Shown: piece after piece, positions 39,146 through 53,618 of the stretch
How the letters are laid out: every line of letters starts with the position of its first letter
Position numbering within the stretch: the stretch's first letter is position 1
Source: Octopus sinensis
Taxonomy: Eukaryota
DNA length: 64,000 nt
Direction of reading: 5' to 3'
Assembly: GCF_006345805.1 (NCBI RefSeq)
Contig: NC_042997.1
Coordinates: 15,500,001-15,564,000, forward strand
Made by a program: the position numbers and the translations under genes
The notes under the pieces: generated by a model
The model's input: only the letters and a program-made list of their open reading frames with translations
Told to the model about the DNA's origin: nothing
The model's database searches: none

Positions 39146-40483
39146 CAACTTCATAAATTTGCCGGCTGCTAAAATTTGGACCGCTTTTAATATTCCGTTC
39201 TATATTTAAGAGATGAGAATTATGTAATATTTAATCGGTACGGAGCCGACATTAGACTTCAATTGAGACTTATAGAGAAACTCCATCAAAAACTAGCTGG
39301 TCTTTCCATCTAACTTTCCTGTGTAGATGTAGAGAGTCAAAGCTAATACCACCTGGCTTGAATATAATGACCCCCGTGGATTCATATAAAGCTAGAAGAG
39401 TAGCAGAGGTCCACTTTGCTTTTCATCCTTTCAGGGTCGTTGAAATTAGTATCTGTTGTGCATTGGGGTCGATGAAATCGACTTAACTCCTCCCCACAAA
39501 TTGTTGGCCTTGTGCCAAAGTTTGAAGCCAATAATAAGATCTAATATAGACAAGTTCACAAATTTGGGGACAATTATTAGTCGATTGGTTCGACCCTACG
39601 ACTTGATCTGTAAATTATTTTATCGACTCAGAAAGAAATTTCACTGCTACTTCTAGTAGATCGATCAATCACGTAGATAGTACCATTTCTCATAATGCAC
39701 AATGGTATGTTAGAAATGGCAGAGCACCACCAGACTTAAGTGGTTACAGCATTTGGTTTCTTTCTTTTGCGTTCCCTGTTTAAATTGCTCAGAGGTTGAC
39801 ATGTCCTTCTATTTCAATCGAGTTATCATAATATATGCCAAATGACGATCGATTCAACCAACAATAATAACACGTGTTCTGAGAACATTTGGCTGATGGC
39901 TAATGTAAAGAAATCAATATTTTCAGGGGGAAAAATTGTGTCTGATGATAATTTGATTTTCCAATCGTCTACAAAGGCGCAGAGAAATCAACTTTGAGAG
40001 AGTATCAACTGGAGATATAACAACAGTCGTACTATGTCACCTTCTATTAATTCTCTTCTGTTAAATACAAATGTAATCTGTTATTCTGATTCAATGAAAG
40101 TAATATGTTGAAAAGTAGATATACGAGGTTTTACATGTTGTATTTGGTTTGCAAGATTCTTGATGTGAACTCGTCTGTTGAAACAAATTCATTAGTTGTT
40201 GAATCTCAAGAGGGTCATTACGCCAGTAATGAACACACGAACTGGTTCTGTTTCACTTCTTTTATTCATTATTTGTTAATTTATTAACTGCTTAACCTAT
40301 TAACTAATCGATTGTTTGATTAATCGTTCAGTCAATTAATCAATCAGCTATATTTTTCAAAGGTCTTTCGTCGCCATTTGCGACTCCACCAATGACATCT
40401 CCTCTACTCCAGGTCAACTTCAGGTTTGTCTATCTATCACTCCGTCTGTCTACTAGTTTAAGGGTTCTATATTTATATTTTTA

Positions 40484-40854
40484 CTAGCAGTATCGCCCGG
40501 CGTTGCTCGGGTTTGTAAGGGAAATAACTATAAAGCATTTTTAGAGAGTTGTAGCCAAAAAATGGAAAAAAATTATGGTAAATTATTTTTTTAGTTAAAA
40601 AGGTCGAGTTGCGTTCCCTAGACAGTCTATGGTTTGTGTTTCTGATTCTCGACCCCATGTCGAATTTATCGATTTTTTTCAGAACTGGGGGAACTTTTCA
40701 AAATTTTCGCTGCGTTAGTTTTGAATTATGACATTGGGCTATGTGTGTGTCAAGTTTCATCAGAATCGGTTGAAAGCCGTGGTCAGGGTGAGGGTACAAC
40801 CTAACAGACACACAGAAACACACACAGACAAACTGCCGTTTATATATAGAGAGA
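40484..40854 (-). mobile_element. Non-autonomous Helitron
   Basis: Same 3' hairpin and CTAG|T as 27625-27921, with an A|TC 5' end. Confidence 0.8.
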
Positions 40855-41258
40855 TATGGATGTAAGTGTGAACGCATGTGTGAAAGAGAGAGAAAAAGAG
40901 AAAGAGAGAGAGAGCGGGGAGAGAGAAGTGGGTGTGTAAATGTATGAGTGCACGTTCATGCGTGTGTACTTCTGACAATTCATTAAAATAAACCTGATCA
41001 CAGACTAGATCAGTATATCATGTCTGCACAAGCTAACACGAGTAAGACCACGTTGCGTAGAAACCTATTTCATGTAGATTGTGCTAGGTACAGAAAAGAA
41101 ATACACGGTAATTCTATTGGAACGCTCTCAAAAATACGTTAAAACATATTATCAAATTACCATATCAAGATTCATAAGTCCTATTCTTAACAGAATCGAC
41201 CTAGCTGGAAATGGAAACCCTATTATCTTAATCCGAAACTATCCAGTAGATAATATAG

Positions 41259-41297
<39 letters not shown>

Positions 41298-41407
41298 ATA
41301 ATAATAATAAAATACATAATGGGACAAGAACGCAAATATATAATATATATATATATATAATATATAATAATAATAATAATAAAATACATAATGGGACAAG
41401 AACGCAA

Positions 41408-41441
<34 letters not shown>

Positions 41442-42192
41442 TGAAAGACGTTTGAAAGTGCAATTTTAAAGATGTTTGTTCACTTATTTTTACTTCCAAT
41501 ACGATTTGAAAGAGGTTTTCTACCAAAAATTGTGAGACAAAGATGTTGTTATCCACCCACCACCACTGAAAAGATGGTAGAAATGATGTTACATTACCAA
41601 AGCTAATAGAAATAGTTTGTTGCTTTTCATACCAAAGACAGCAGAAATACATGATTTTTACTATGAAAAATGGTTATCAATAAATGATTTTCTATCAATA
41701 GATGAGCTTTTAATGGGATTTCTTCTTCATATTTACCAAACGTAGTAGAAATAACTTGGTTATTTTTCTATCAAAAACAGCAGATTTTGATGTATTTTTT
41801 AAAACCAAGCAGAAATAATCGTTCACGTTTTTTTTAAAATTTTTTCAGAATGTAGAAGGGATGAAACTAAAAATCACATCTGTCAACTTACTGAGCTCTT
41901 TGACAAATAAAATATTCCTTTTTTTTGAAAAGAAAAAAAGATAATGTTAAATTTTGAAGAAATAAAACTTCGAATGAGTGCTGCCTTTTTGATAATTAAT
42001 TATCATTACTATTATTTATAGTAGAAGTAATATTAGAAGTCCAAGATTTTGAGAGCATTTTTTTCTTTGCAGTTAGATATTATCATACAAAAAGGTATAG
42101 TATTATTGGACGCACAGGAAAGAAGAAAAGAAGGAAAGAAGGAGGGTTTAACGTTTCGAGTGGAGCATATATATATATATATAGTCAAATTA

Positions 42193-42343
42193 AGCAACAT
42201 GATATCAAGAGGTGATGAGGTACGACCGTTTCAGGTGACCCCATTAAATTGAACAATACAATCTTTACATTAGTTTGCATTGTTCAGTTAAATGGAGCCG
42301 CTTGAAACGGTCGTACTGCATCACCTCTTGATGTCCTGTTGCT
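42193..42343. mobile_element. Small MITE with 65-bp TIRs, flanked by TA
   Basis: Arms agcaacatgatatcaagaggtgatg...gaacaat / rc (about 80% identical) with a spacer of about 20 bp. A half copy lies at 32508-32575. Confidence 0.7.
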
Positions 42344-42613
42344 TATTCACCTTTGAGTTGTACAGATAATACCGCACTGACTTTGTGCTTCAACGTAAGT
42401 ACCTAATTCAACTGAATCTCAATTATTTCTATATATATCAAATATTATTGAGCATGAAAATTGAGAGATATAATGGATAAAATCAACTAATTAAATCATC
42501 ATCATTGTCTACAGTTGTTTCAATTCACACTCTATACAAATTACAAAACATATATGATAAAATATGTTTGCAATTTGAAGATTTTGAGTGGAATGTCTTA
42601 CCATTTTTATCAA

Positions 42614-43408
42614 TAGGCGCAGGAGTGGCTGTGTGGTAAGTAGCTTGCTAACCAACCACACGGTTGCGGGTTCAGTCCCACTGCGTGGCATCTTGGGCAA
42701 GTGTCTTCTGCTATAGCCCCGGGCCGACCAATGCCTTGTGAGTGGATTTGGTAGACGGAAACTGAAAGAAGCCTGTCGTATATATGTATATATATATATT
42801 AACAATTAAGGAACGGCCACAACAGGCCATTCACCCACTAGAAATAACAGCCAAAGCTTCTACCGCAAATAAAGATTAATTCCGTAAACAGGAGAAATTA
42901 AAAAAACATTTACCCTGTAATTTCTTGTTACGGTATACCGTTTCATGAAACGGTATCCGTACCAGAAATTACAGGGTAATGTTTTTTTAATTTTCTCCTG
43001 TTTACGGAATTAATCTTTATTTGCGGTAGAAGCTTTGGCTGTTATTCTAGTGGGTGAATGGCCTGTTGTGGCCGTTCCTTAATTGTTAATGTTGAACTTA
43101 AAATGGTCTATGACTATTTAATTTTTCCCACTGGGCCGCTGGTGGCAATAAAATTCTACAAAATTTTCCTGCCACCCTATATTGATTAATTATGTATATA
43201 TATATATATATATATATGTTTGTATGTGTGTGTTTGTGTGTCTGTCCCCCTAGCATTGCTTGACAACCGATGCTGGTGTGTTACGTCCCCGTCACTTAGC
43301 GGTTCGGCAAAAAGAGACCGATAGAATAAGTACTAAAAGGTGGTGCTCCAGCATGGCCGCAGTCAAATGACTGAAACAAGTAAAAGAGTAAAAGAGAGTA
43401 AAGAGTAA

Positions 43409-43410
<2 letters not shown>
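42614..43410 (+). mobile_element. SINE family S3 interrupted in its internal (TA)n by a palindromic insert
   Basis: 5' half 42614-42800, insert 42798-43190, 3' half 43191-43410. Confidence 0.85.
42798..43090. repeat. Near-perfect 293-bp palindrome with no spacer
   Basis: Arms of about 146 bp are centred on tttca|tgaaa (42945/42946) and differ by only a few small indels or substitutions. Confidence 0.95.
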
Positions 43411-43468
<58 letters not shown>

Positions 43469-45368
43469 TAGAATTGATAATACGCACGATCAAAAGGTTA
43501 CAGACTGTCGTAATATAACTTAAAAAGTATGGGACTAGCGTTGTTGCTCAAAAATTTGTGTCACTATATGTTGTACATTCTGTGGTATCTTAAAACGAAA
43601 AGAGATTCATGTGTGAATTACGATGTTACGATAATTATTAAACCGTGTTCTTAATATAAAATTTGAAAATGTACAAAATATGATCTTTAACTTCGAATAA
43701 GTAAATTCGTATAATACTCTTCATACCAAAGTATATAAAAAAAAAACATATTTCACACTGCATGCAAATTACCATAATAATAAAAATAAATGGATTTATG
43801 ATGAAGTTGAATCTATATAACAGCGAAAGTACGAAACGGAAATAATTATAAGCAAAGTTAATTCGCATTATGATACACATTAATGGAATAGTTATGCGAA
43901 TTAAACAAATTATTACTAAATTATTTTTTATTGATTTCTTGTAAGTTTATTAAAAATTATCATTCATAGATTGAATTATTGCGTGATAATTTAACTTAAT
44001 CTTTAATATAACTTAATTTTGATGAATTGAAATTTCTTGTAATAAAAAGGATGCTACAGAATGTACAAAATATACTGATTCCAATATTTTTGAGCAACAA
44101 TGCTAGTCCCATACTTTTAAAGTTTTATTATGATATTCTATAACCCTTTTGAGCGTACACATTTTTCAGTTCAAGTTAAGTACTTTTTAAGGCAACGCTT
44201 GTAATATTTTATATATGTACCATGTTTCCCCTAATGATGTGGCAACCTCTAATAAACGGATACCCAAACTCCGAACAATTGAAATAGTGTGACGGTCACA
44301 ATATTAAAAAATGTACGATAAAATCGATAATAATTGTCGTATTTGTTTATTATCATACGGAGAGATACTGAACAGCAGCTAGTATACTATAAGCTGTACT
44401 ATAAAGAAATGTATTTTAAAAAATATTAATAATATTAATTTTTTAGAAAATCATTAGCAAGATCTGAAATGACATACCATGCAACGAAGAGAAGGCGAAC
44501 ATGAATAGCACAAAATTCTTGAAGACAGCTGCATGCCAAAGTATCGCTTATTGGTTGATGATGATTGAAAATTAACCAAAAAAACGCGATCACCACGCAA
44601 ACGGCCACGGCCCCTTTACACTTTCATTCGCAACCTAGGTATATATTGTCAGACACAGTAGACTCGACTGTAACATTCTGTTGTCGGTCAGTGTGTGCCT
44701 GACAGATGTGTGTGTGTGTGGTGTGTGTGTGTGTGTGTAGGTGGTTGGTTGGTATATGTATGTTGTATGTATCTGTATGTGTATATCGAACATGTCCAGG
44801 AAAATTCCTCGGAGAATGAATAAACTCCGCCCATACAAAAGCTAATTAATTAAAAATTCGCATCCGTTTTATTGCCAATTGTGCCATAGAAACTAATTTT
44901 TTCATAGATTTTTGAAAGGTCATAAAACTATAGAATTTTCTCTCAGAAAGAGGAAAAGAAGGATAATAATATATAATCTGGGAAACAGATTGATTATCTA
45001 TGAAGTTAAAACTGTAATTTACAGTATCGTTCCGAGATTAAGACATTGCTATTTATCAATATTATATACATCGACAAAATTTCAAACAATTTTGTTTTTT
45101 ATACATGAACACATTTACAGCGGATGAATTTCAAATCTTTTCTTCAATATTTTAAAGTCTGTAAAATATATAAACATTTAGAAGTGAGAATTGCAAATAT
45201 TTTATGGAAAAGGTGAAAGAATACGTCAAAATTATTGACGGGGTTAAAAATTGTATTAGTGTACCTAATTAGAGATTAGAGTTCGTCTTCCATAAGTTCA
45301 AAAACATCTTCCTTGTCGAATATGCGTACATGATATTCTACTGGAAAACCAAAATCTAATCAAATATT

Positions 45369-45585
45369 CAGTAATCCCTCACCGTATCGCGGTTCACCTA
45401 TCGCGGTTTATTATTTAAACCTACATCGGTTCCTCTGTGGTGTTGTTTTGCATTTATAATAAAATAGATATACACAAATTACAAAAGTAATAACAAAAAT
45501 ATACAGTACTTTTTCTACTTCGCGAATTTTCACCTACCGCGTGGGGTTTTGAAACGTAACACCCGCGATAGTCGAGGGATTACTG
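45369..45585. mobile_element. Tc1/mariner-superfamily (pogo/Tigger-like) MITE
   Basis: TIRs cagtaatccctc / gagggattactg, with TA on the right side and TT on the left. Confidence 0.7.
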
Positions 45586-46755
45586 TATATTATGCACATG
45601 TTTAGTTATTCGTTAATCTACATGTCCAGTTCCAGTAAATTATTATCTTTATGTAACTTTTGTTGATTTTGATAGATGTTCAGTATATACAGAAACAGAA
45701 CAGTGATATAGAAGCCTGTCTTTTATTTACATTAGATATATATGATTCTTATCAAAAATGATCCTTATCGGAAATGATCCTTAACAATCCTCTGTCATAC
45801 ATATTGGTCTAAATACCGCAGGTAACTGAAACAGATAACGTTCTGTCTCCGACTAAGAGACGAAGAGCTAAAGCTTTAGTGAATTTGAACCAAAATCTCG
45901 AGATCTATTTACCCAATACTTTAATTGCTTTACCATTTGACTTGAAGCAGGATTTTGGAATTTAGAAGCGTCGTTGTTATATGTTTTGAATTTTATTTGT
46001 CCATCTAGATGTCTAAAGTACGCTATAGTGAGTATAATTATAAGTCGCCATCATTGTACGCCAATGTTTCGTCCGTTGCGCTTAGCAGCCAAATCCTTTT
46101 CATATTACAAACTATCACCTTAAACAAAACGGAAGGATCACATTAGATAGCGAAACCATTGATATATGTGAAAACAGATGCGATGGTAACGACAAAAGCG
46201 TCTTTACAACAGGTCTCCTCCATCAAGAATGACTTGAAGTTAAACAACAACAATAGAAATAAAATCAACACAACCTATGTATAACAAGAACGTTTATAAT
46301 ACTATATATATAAAATGAATTACATTCAAAGTTTATTTCAAGTTCTACATACAGACACAACTGTTTATAAATTATTTAAGTCAAACAAATTACATCTTTG
46401 TCTTAACAAACATAACTAGAAGCCTTCGATTTCAGACCATATAATAGGTTCCAGTCGACTCATCCGTTGTCTTGATAAGGGCAAACAGACGTCTATAGAC
46501 ATGTCAATAAATCATCGATTTCTACGTCACGAGTTTGTTGACTATGCTTAGCCTATTTGGCTTATTGCCATTCTAATTGAATACTGGCGCCAAACAGACC
46601 TAAACATACGTCTTTGTCCCTCGATTTGTAATAACAGATAAAACATGGCTAAATTTAACACTGTTATTTCATTAGACCAAACTTTATGTATAAAGCATCG
46701 GCTGCTTCACAAAAATAAGTAACATGTGTGTTTGTGTGTGTGTGATATGAATATA

Positions 46756-46816
<61 letters not shown>

Positions 46817-46909
46817 CACGTGTGTGTGTGTATGTGTGTGTGTGCATGTGTGTGTGTATACATGTATATTCCCTACTGCAATGTGTATATGCTTATATAT
46901 ATACATATC

Positions 46910-46943
<34 letters not shown>

Positions 46944-47206
46944 TGCATGTATATATGTATGAATGTATGATCCACAATGGATCATCAAGGAACACTTTAT
47001 TGTATTGTATTGCAGAGAACTGAGTTCATAAATTCTCAGTGACATTAGTTCTTTGTAGCATAATGCAATACAGTGTTCCATGATGGTCGTTTGTGGTTAA
47101 GCATCTAATTACATTTTGAACATCCATTACAAATTACTAAGCAACCATAATGATGAAACGTACGTAGGAACACATATTACAAACCAGTGTTTAACGTAAT
47201 TTCTCA

Positions 47207-47305
<99 letters not shown>

Positions 47306-47370
47306 GTGTGTGCTTATATAATGAGGGAACGTACGTAGGAACAGATATTATAAACCACTGTTTAACGTAA

Positions 47371-47457
<87 letters not shown>

Positions 47458-47634
47458 ATATAGACAAATGAAAAAACAGGCACTCAACACATTTTGTAGG
47501 ACTTACATATATTATTTAAAATAGTTTCATTTGGCTCCATGCACCATAAAGTTTCGCAGGCCTCTTTTACAGAAAACTGGTTTCTGTAAAAGAGTCTTGC
47601 GAAACTTTAAATCGAATGGAATCGAATGAAACTA

Positions 47635-47859
47635 GGAGTGGCTGTGTGGTAAGTAGATTGCTTACCAACCACATGGTTCCGGGTTCAGTCCCACAGCGTG
47701 GCACCTTGGGCAAGTGTCTTCTACTATAGTCTCGGGCCGACCAAAGCCTTGTGAGTGGATTTTGGTTGACGAAAACTGAAAGAAGCCCGTCGTGTATGTA
47801 TGTATGTATGTATATACATATATATATATATATATGTGTGTGTATATATATATATATAT

Positions 47860-47896
<37 letters not shown>

Positions 47897-48105
47897 ATGT
47901 TTGTGTGTCTGTGTTTTTCCCCTCAACATCACTTGACAACCGATGCTAGTGTGTTTACGTCCCCGTAACTTAGTGGTTCGGCAAAAGAAACCAATAGAAT
48001 AAGTACTAGACTTACAAAGAATAAGTCCCGGGTCCTTTTGCTCGACTAAAAAAGGTGGTGCTCCAGCATGGCTACAGTCAAATGACTGAAACAAGTAAAA
48101 GAGTA
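47635..48105 (+). mobile_element. SINE family S3, full-length
   Basis: Head, internal microsatellite, 3' half and aaagagt tail are all present. Confidence 0.85.
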
Positions 48106-48143
48106 AAAACAGTATATATATATATATACATATATAATATATA

Positions 48144-48193
<50 letters not shown>

Positions 48194-48329
48194 TATATAT
48201 ATATAGGGAGAGAGGGAGAAAGAGAGAGAGAGATATTAGAGACAGGTATTCTGGGATTTGAACTTGAGCAGGTAGAGGAGTAAATATAAGGATAAGCAAG
48301 GGAGACAAGTCGACATACAAAAATGTACA

Positions 48330-48545
48330 TTGGCGCAGGAGTGGCTGTGTGGAGGTGCAGGAATGGTTGTGTGGTAAGTAGCTTGTTTACCAACCACATG
48401 GTTCTGGGTTCAGTCCCACTGCGTGGTACCTTATGCGTCTTCTACTATAGCCTTGGGCCGACTAAAGCCTTTCGAGTGGATTTGGTAGGCGGAAACTGAC
48501 GGTGCTCCAGCATGACCGTAATCAAATGACTGAAACAAATAGAAA
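48330..48545 (+). mobile_element. SINE family S3 with internal deletion and duplicated head
   Basis: ggcgcaggagtggctgtgtgg is followed by aggtgcaggaatggttgtgtgg, and the sequence jumps from ggaaactga to cggtgctccagc. Confidence 0.75.
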
Positions 48546-48790
48546 ATGTACAGATATAAAAAAAAGTCCGACTTACATAGAATGGAAATGATATCAGGAA
48601 TTTAGGGGGTTGAGTAGGATTTTTATGAGTCCAACAATCGTTTCTGGGCGCTTGGTGCTGCAAAATAATGCTTGTAACATAATTTCGTTATCGAGTACCA
48701 CCAGTCTCCGTCTTCAGGGAAGAATTCTACGTTTGAGGTGTTGACAGAATGGAGATAAAAGATTCCATCAACTGAGACTTAATTGTACGC

Positions 48791-48825
<35 letters not shown>

Positions 48826-48932
48826 GTACCCCACAACTCCACTTTGTTATATATATATATATTATATATATATATATATATATACCAATTAAGGACTGCA
48901 CAAGACAAAGTGGACAGTCAACATGCTAGATA

Positions 48933-48976
<44 letters not shown>

Positions 48977-48977
48977 C

Positions 48978-49080
<103 letters not shown>

Positions 49081-49476
49081 GTATGTATATATATGTATAT
49101 GTATATGATATATATGTATGCATGAATGTATGCATGCATATTTACGCACATATATACATATACATATATATGCATATATGGGGAGAGGGGGAGATAGAGA
49201 GATAGCAGAAACATATGTATGATTTTGTAATTTTATAGTGGGTTTAAATTACACAACGTATACACGTGTGGGTTTATCTATATAGCAAAATATTTCGTCG
49301 ATGGTTAGCAATTATATATAACATTAGAACTAATTATATGAAAGAAAGCCGTACTATTACAAATTCTAAAAGACATCATATAAACAGTTAAAATATGGAT
49401 TAAATCATAACAGGAATTAAAATATTTTTTCGAATGAAACTCTCATAATGATAATGTTTATAACCTTTTATATTGG

Positions 49477-49545
<69 letters not shown>

Positions 49546-49672
49546 TGTGTACCAATGCATGTGTATATGTCTATATATATTTTTGCATATATGTAAATAT
49601 ATATATATGCATACATATACATATACGTATAAATTAATCAAAATAAAATATAAACATGATGCGAAGGATTCA

Positions 49673-49750
49673 GCGGTACATATGTTTCGGGCCTTTATTA
49701 GACAGATTTATAACAATGCATAATGTATGTCTGTGGCCTTCTTCAGCCGC
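49673..49750 (-). ncRNA. Type I hammerhead-like motif, family E
   Basis: gcgg-CUGAAGA-a-GGCC[long loop with acaga/ucugu]GGCC-c-GAAA-C[AUAU]GUA-ccgc. Confidence 0.7.
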
Positions 49751-51613
49751 GCACAACAGCTTCCACCAGGACATGTGTTACATCAAAAATTCTTGGTTGG
49801 GGATGCAAATCCTCTCATTCACATACGACATAATGCGGCAGCAGCATAGAATTGAAGCGTCCATCTCTTTCTTCTCTCATACATGTATATATATGTATAT
49901 GCATATAAATATATATTTACGTGTGTATATATATGTGCATATGTATATATATGTATACTTATATAATATATATATATATATATATATATGAATAAATGTA
50001 TGTACATTATAACTTACATTAATTATACCTAAATTGTGTAATAAAAAGCAATATAAGTATTTAATATCGCGAAATGGAAAGAAGCTTGCGTTTAAGAATG
50101 AATATCAAAGTTACATAGATATCCATCAGCTTATATAGTAAACATGAGTGCTGTTCAACACAATGACAAGCTTCAGCGGACTTGACATCACAAATTAGAA
50201 ACATGTTTTGTGTTTTACATACTTTGCAATTGCCCAGAAATTAGAGCATACATGCCGCAAATTACTTTATATATATTTCTTTATAATACATAATGTTTTT
50301 AACACCAGTGAGGCTTATGTGTATACTACAAATCTTTTTCTCGAAAATACTGAAATTTAGTGATTAGGTTTATGTGCATAAATACTGAATTGTTTTCCGC
50401 TGAGCTTCTTTCCTTATAACTTTCAGAAAAATAGTAATTTTTTAGAATGAAATTGTCTGGAAATACCTTTTAAATGGTGTAGACTTCGATTATATCGGAA
50501 TTAATGTGGAAAAAGAAAATGGCGTACACATGCACATAATGCCTACATGCATTACATGTATATCTACAAAATGAAACTTGAAATTTTTGAAAAAGTTCTG
50601 TGATGTGTGTTAGTATACATGTGCACGCCAACCAATTATCGAAACTCCTCTCACTCACACATGAGTGCTGGTTTGTTTACGACCTTGTAACATTAGCGCC
50701 TGGCAAAAGAGACCGAAGGGATAAGTACCAGACAGTGCTGTAGGACGAGGTGGGATTTGTTCGACAAACATTTCAAGAGAGTGCTCTCGCATGGTTCCAG
50801 CTCAATGACTGAAACAAATAAAAGATAAATGATAAACGATAACTGTGGTATTTAATTTGCTGTTAATTGCTGTTATTGCTGTTGTCATCGTCGCCATCGG
50901 CATCGTTGCAATTGTTGATGCTGCTGCTGCTGTTGCTGTAGCTCCAGGTGAACTATGATAGAGTAGAGGAGACCTGTTAGCAAAGTGCATTCCAAAACGA
51001 CCACCTCGTTATATTTTTCAAACGCCCTGTAACAGGAGCCACATTATACAACAAAATGTTCTTGTTTTAACATGAAATTTGAGTGAGATTTAGCTGCTAT
51101 TTCTACCAGGTAGAGGGCAACGTATTCTCATTTAGTCTAATGTCAAATGCTTTGAGTTTACAGCTCAAAATAGCATTGTTACAAAATCTTTACTCTGTGA
51201 TAGATCGACTAACTAGAAATAGCAGCAAAAACTCTCATAAACAGCACTCTGATAGCCTTTAAGAAATAGGTCATCTCGGATAATGTTTGGGTACGTACCT
51301 AGTAGTTAGAGCAAGTGTCCTGATTTCTAAATTGTATAGACCATGAGCTCAGAGCACAGGATTGTTTGGAGACACAACGCATGTTATCAGAACTTCCCTA
51401 GATTACATCTCCAAAGTAGGAAACTATTAGTAGCTCGTAACTGTGTATTGTGTACATGAAATGGCCGTGTGGTAAGAAGCTGGCTTCCCAACTACATGGT
51501 TCAGGGTTCAGTCCGAATGCATGGCACCTTAGGCAAGTGTCCTCTATTCCAGCCTCGGGTCGACCAAACCCTTGTGTGTGGATTTCGTAGACGGAAACTG
51601 GAAGAAGCCCATC

Positions 51614-51657
<44 letters not shown>

Positions 51658-52022
51658 ATATATGTATATATGTGTGTGTGGGTGTGTGGGTGTGTGTGTC
51701 TTTGTATCTATATTTGTCCCCACTCACCACCGCTAAACAACTGGTGTCGGTGTGTTTACGTCCCCGTTGCTTCGCAATATAATATATATATATATATATT
51801 ATATATATATATATAAAGTTAATCCAAACAAGAAAACAAAAAAGACAACAACAACGCGAGGATGTGGAACAATTAAAGTATTATTATGCGCTCAGGAAAA
51901 AAGGGGAAGAAGGAGGGTATATATATATATATTGCGAAGCAACGGGGACGTAAACACACCGACACCAGTTGTTTAGCGGTGGTGAGGGACAAATATAGAT
52001 ACAAAGACACACACACACACAT

Positions 52023-52072
<50 letters not shown>

Positions 52073-52283
52073 AAACAAAATTGCATGTGCTTTCGGTGCG
52101 AATGGTTTTGTTATACGGTGCGAGTTTTAAAGTCCTGTAAATAATAATAATGGTAATTATATAGGCGCAGGCATGGCTTAAAGCTTACAGCGATCACCGA
52201 GCAATGACTAAGGAAAATAGTCTTAAAATGGGGCATATAAGCTCTCGACAGAAAAAAAGTAGGCTTTCTCATCTGCTGCGTGG

Positions 52284-52314
<31 letters not shown>

Positions 52315-52349
52315 TGTATGTATGTATGTATGTATGTACGTATATATTT

Positions 52350-52580
52350 ATTTCTTTACTACCCACAAGGGGCTAAACACAGAGGGGACAAACAAGGACA
52401 GATAAACGGATTAAGTCGATTATATTGACTCCAGGTGCGCACTGGTACTTAATTTATCGACCCCGAAAGGATGAAAGGCAAAGTCGACCTCGGCGAAATT
52501 TGAACCCAGAACGTAACGCCAGACGAAATACGGCTACGCATTTCTCCCGGCGTGCTAACGTTTCTGCCAGCTCGCCGCCT
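52350..52580 (-). mobile_element. SINE family S2
   Basis: Reverse complement of S2 ending ctcgccgcctt. Confidence 0.8.
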
Positions 52581-53175
52581 TTGTACGTATATATTAGGCA
52601 TTCATTGCACATCTAACACACATATTTTACACAACACAGAACGCGTTCGGCGAAGGCTCGTATTTCGTATTTAGTATTCGGCCTCTATAAGTGAGAGTAG
52701 GGTTTACGCGCGAAGGTACAAAAAAAACATAGAATTGACTCAGTAGTGTATACTCAGGCCATGGAATATTTCATCGTCAACTTCAATACAGATTGCTTTC
52801 TTTAACATTTGTTAAGATAATCATATTAGCTTCTCAATTTATATTATTGGTAGACAGCTAGACGTCTTATAATTTCAAGGGATACAGTTAGAAACTATAT
52901 ACATAAATAAATAAATAAATAAATATATATACATATGTATATATGTATACATACACACACACACACACACACCACACACATATTATATATATATATATAT
53001 TTACATCCATTCGCACACACAGATACACATATATATGTGTATGTATGTATGTATGTCTATATATATGTGTGTGTATATATATATATATAGTTATCGCCAT
53101 ACTTATATGGCAGTCTTATAAATATAAGACTAAAGCTGTCGCTGATTAGCTCCAAGAGGCCACCGCCTCAAGCTA

Positions 53176-53618
53176 TAAGTATGGCGATAACAATTAATTT
53201 CCAGTAACGCTGCCGTAATCTCCTTTAGAGAGACTTAGTAATTTCAATATTTCTATTATTGAAAACAAGTGGATGTATTCCACTGAAACTAGGTAAATAG
53301 ATTCTTCGAACAGGGACAGTCAGTAGCGACACCTGCTGGGTCTGACTACGCTGCATTGATAAAGGGCAAATACCCTGAAACATGTCTGCAGCTGTCTGAC
53401 TGGTAGCATGAAGCGGCTGACCTCCCCTGTTCGAAGGTTTATAATGGACGCAGGTTGTGTGTCAAATAGCTAGCTTGAGGCGGTGGCCTCTTGGAGCTAA
53501 TCAGCGACAGCTTTAGTCTTATATTTATAAGACTGCCATATAAGTATGGCGATAACTAATAATTTCCAGTAACGCTGCCGTAATCTCCTTTAGAGAGACT
53601 TAGTAATTTTAATATTTC

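Noticed and set aside
46052-46092. Minus-strand CUGCUAA...GAAAC...GUA
   Set aside because: Two core mismatches and poor stems make it too degenerate to call.
48680-48725. Minus-strand CUGAAGA...GAAA
   Set aside because: The spacing is wrong and there is no stem I.
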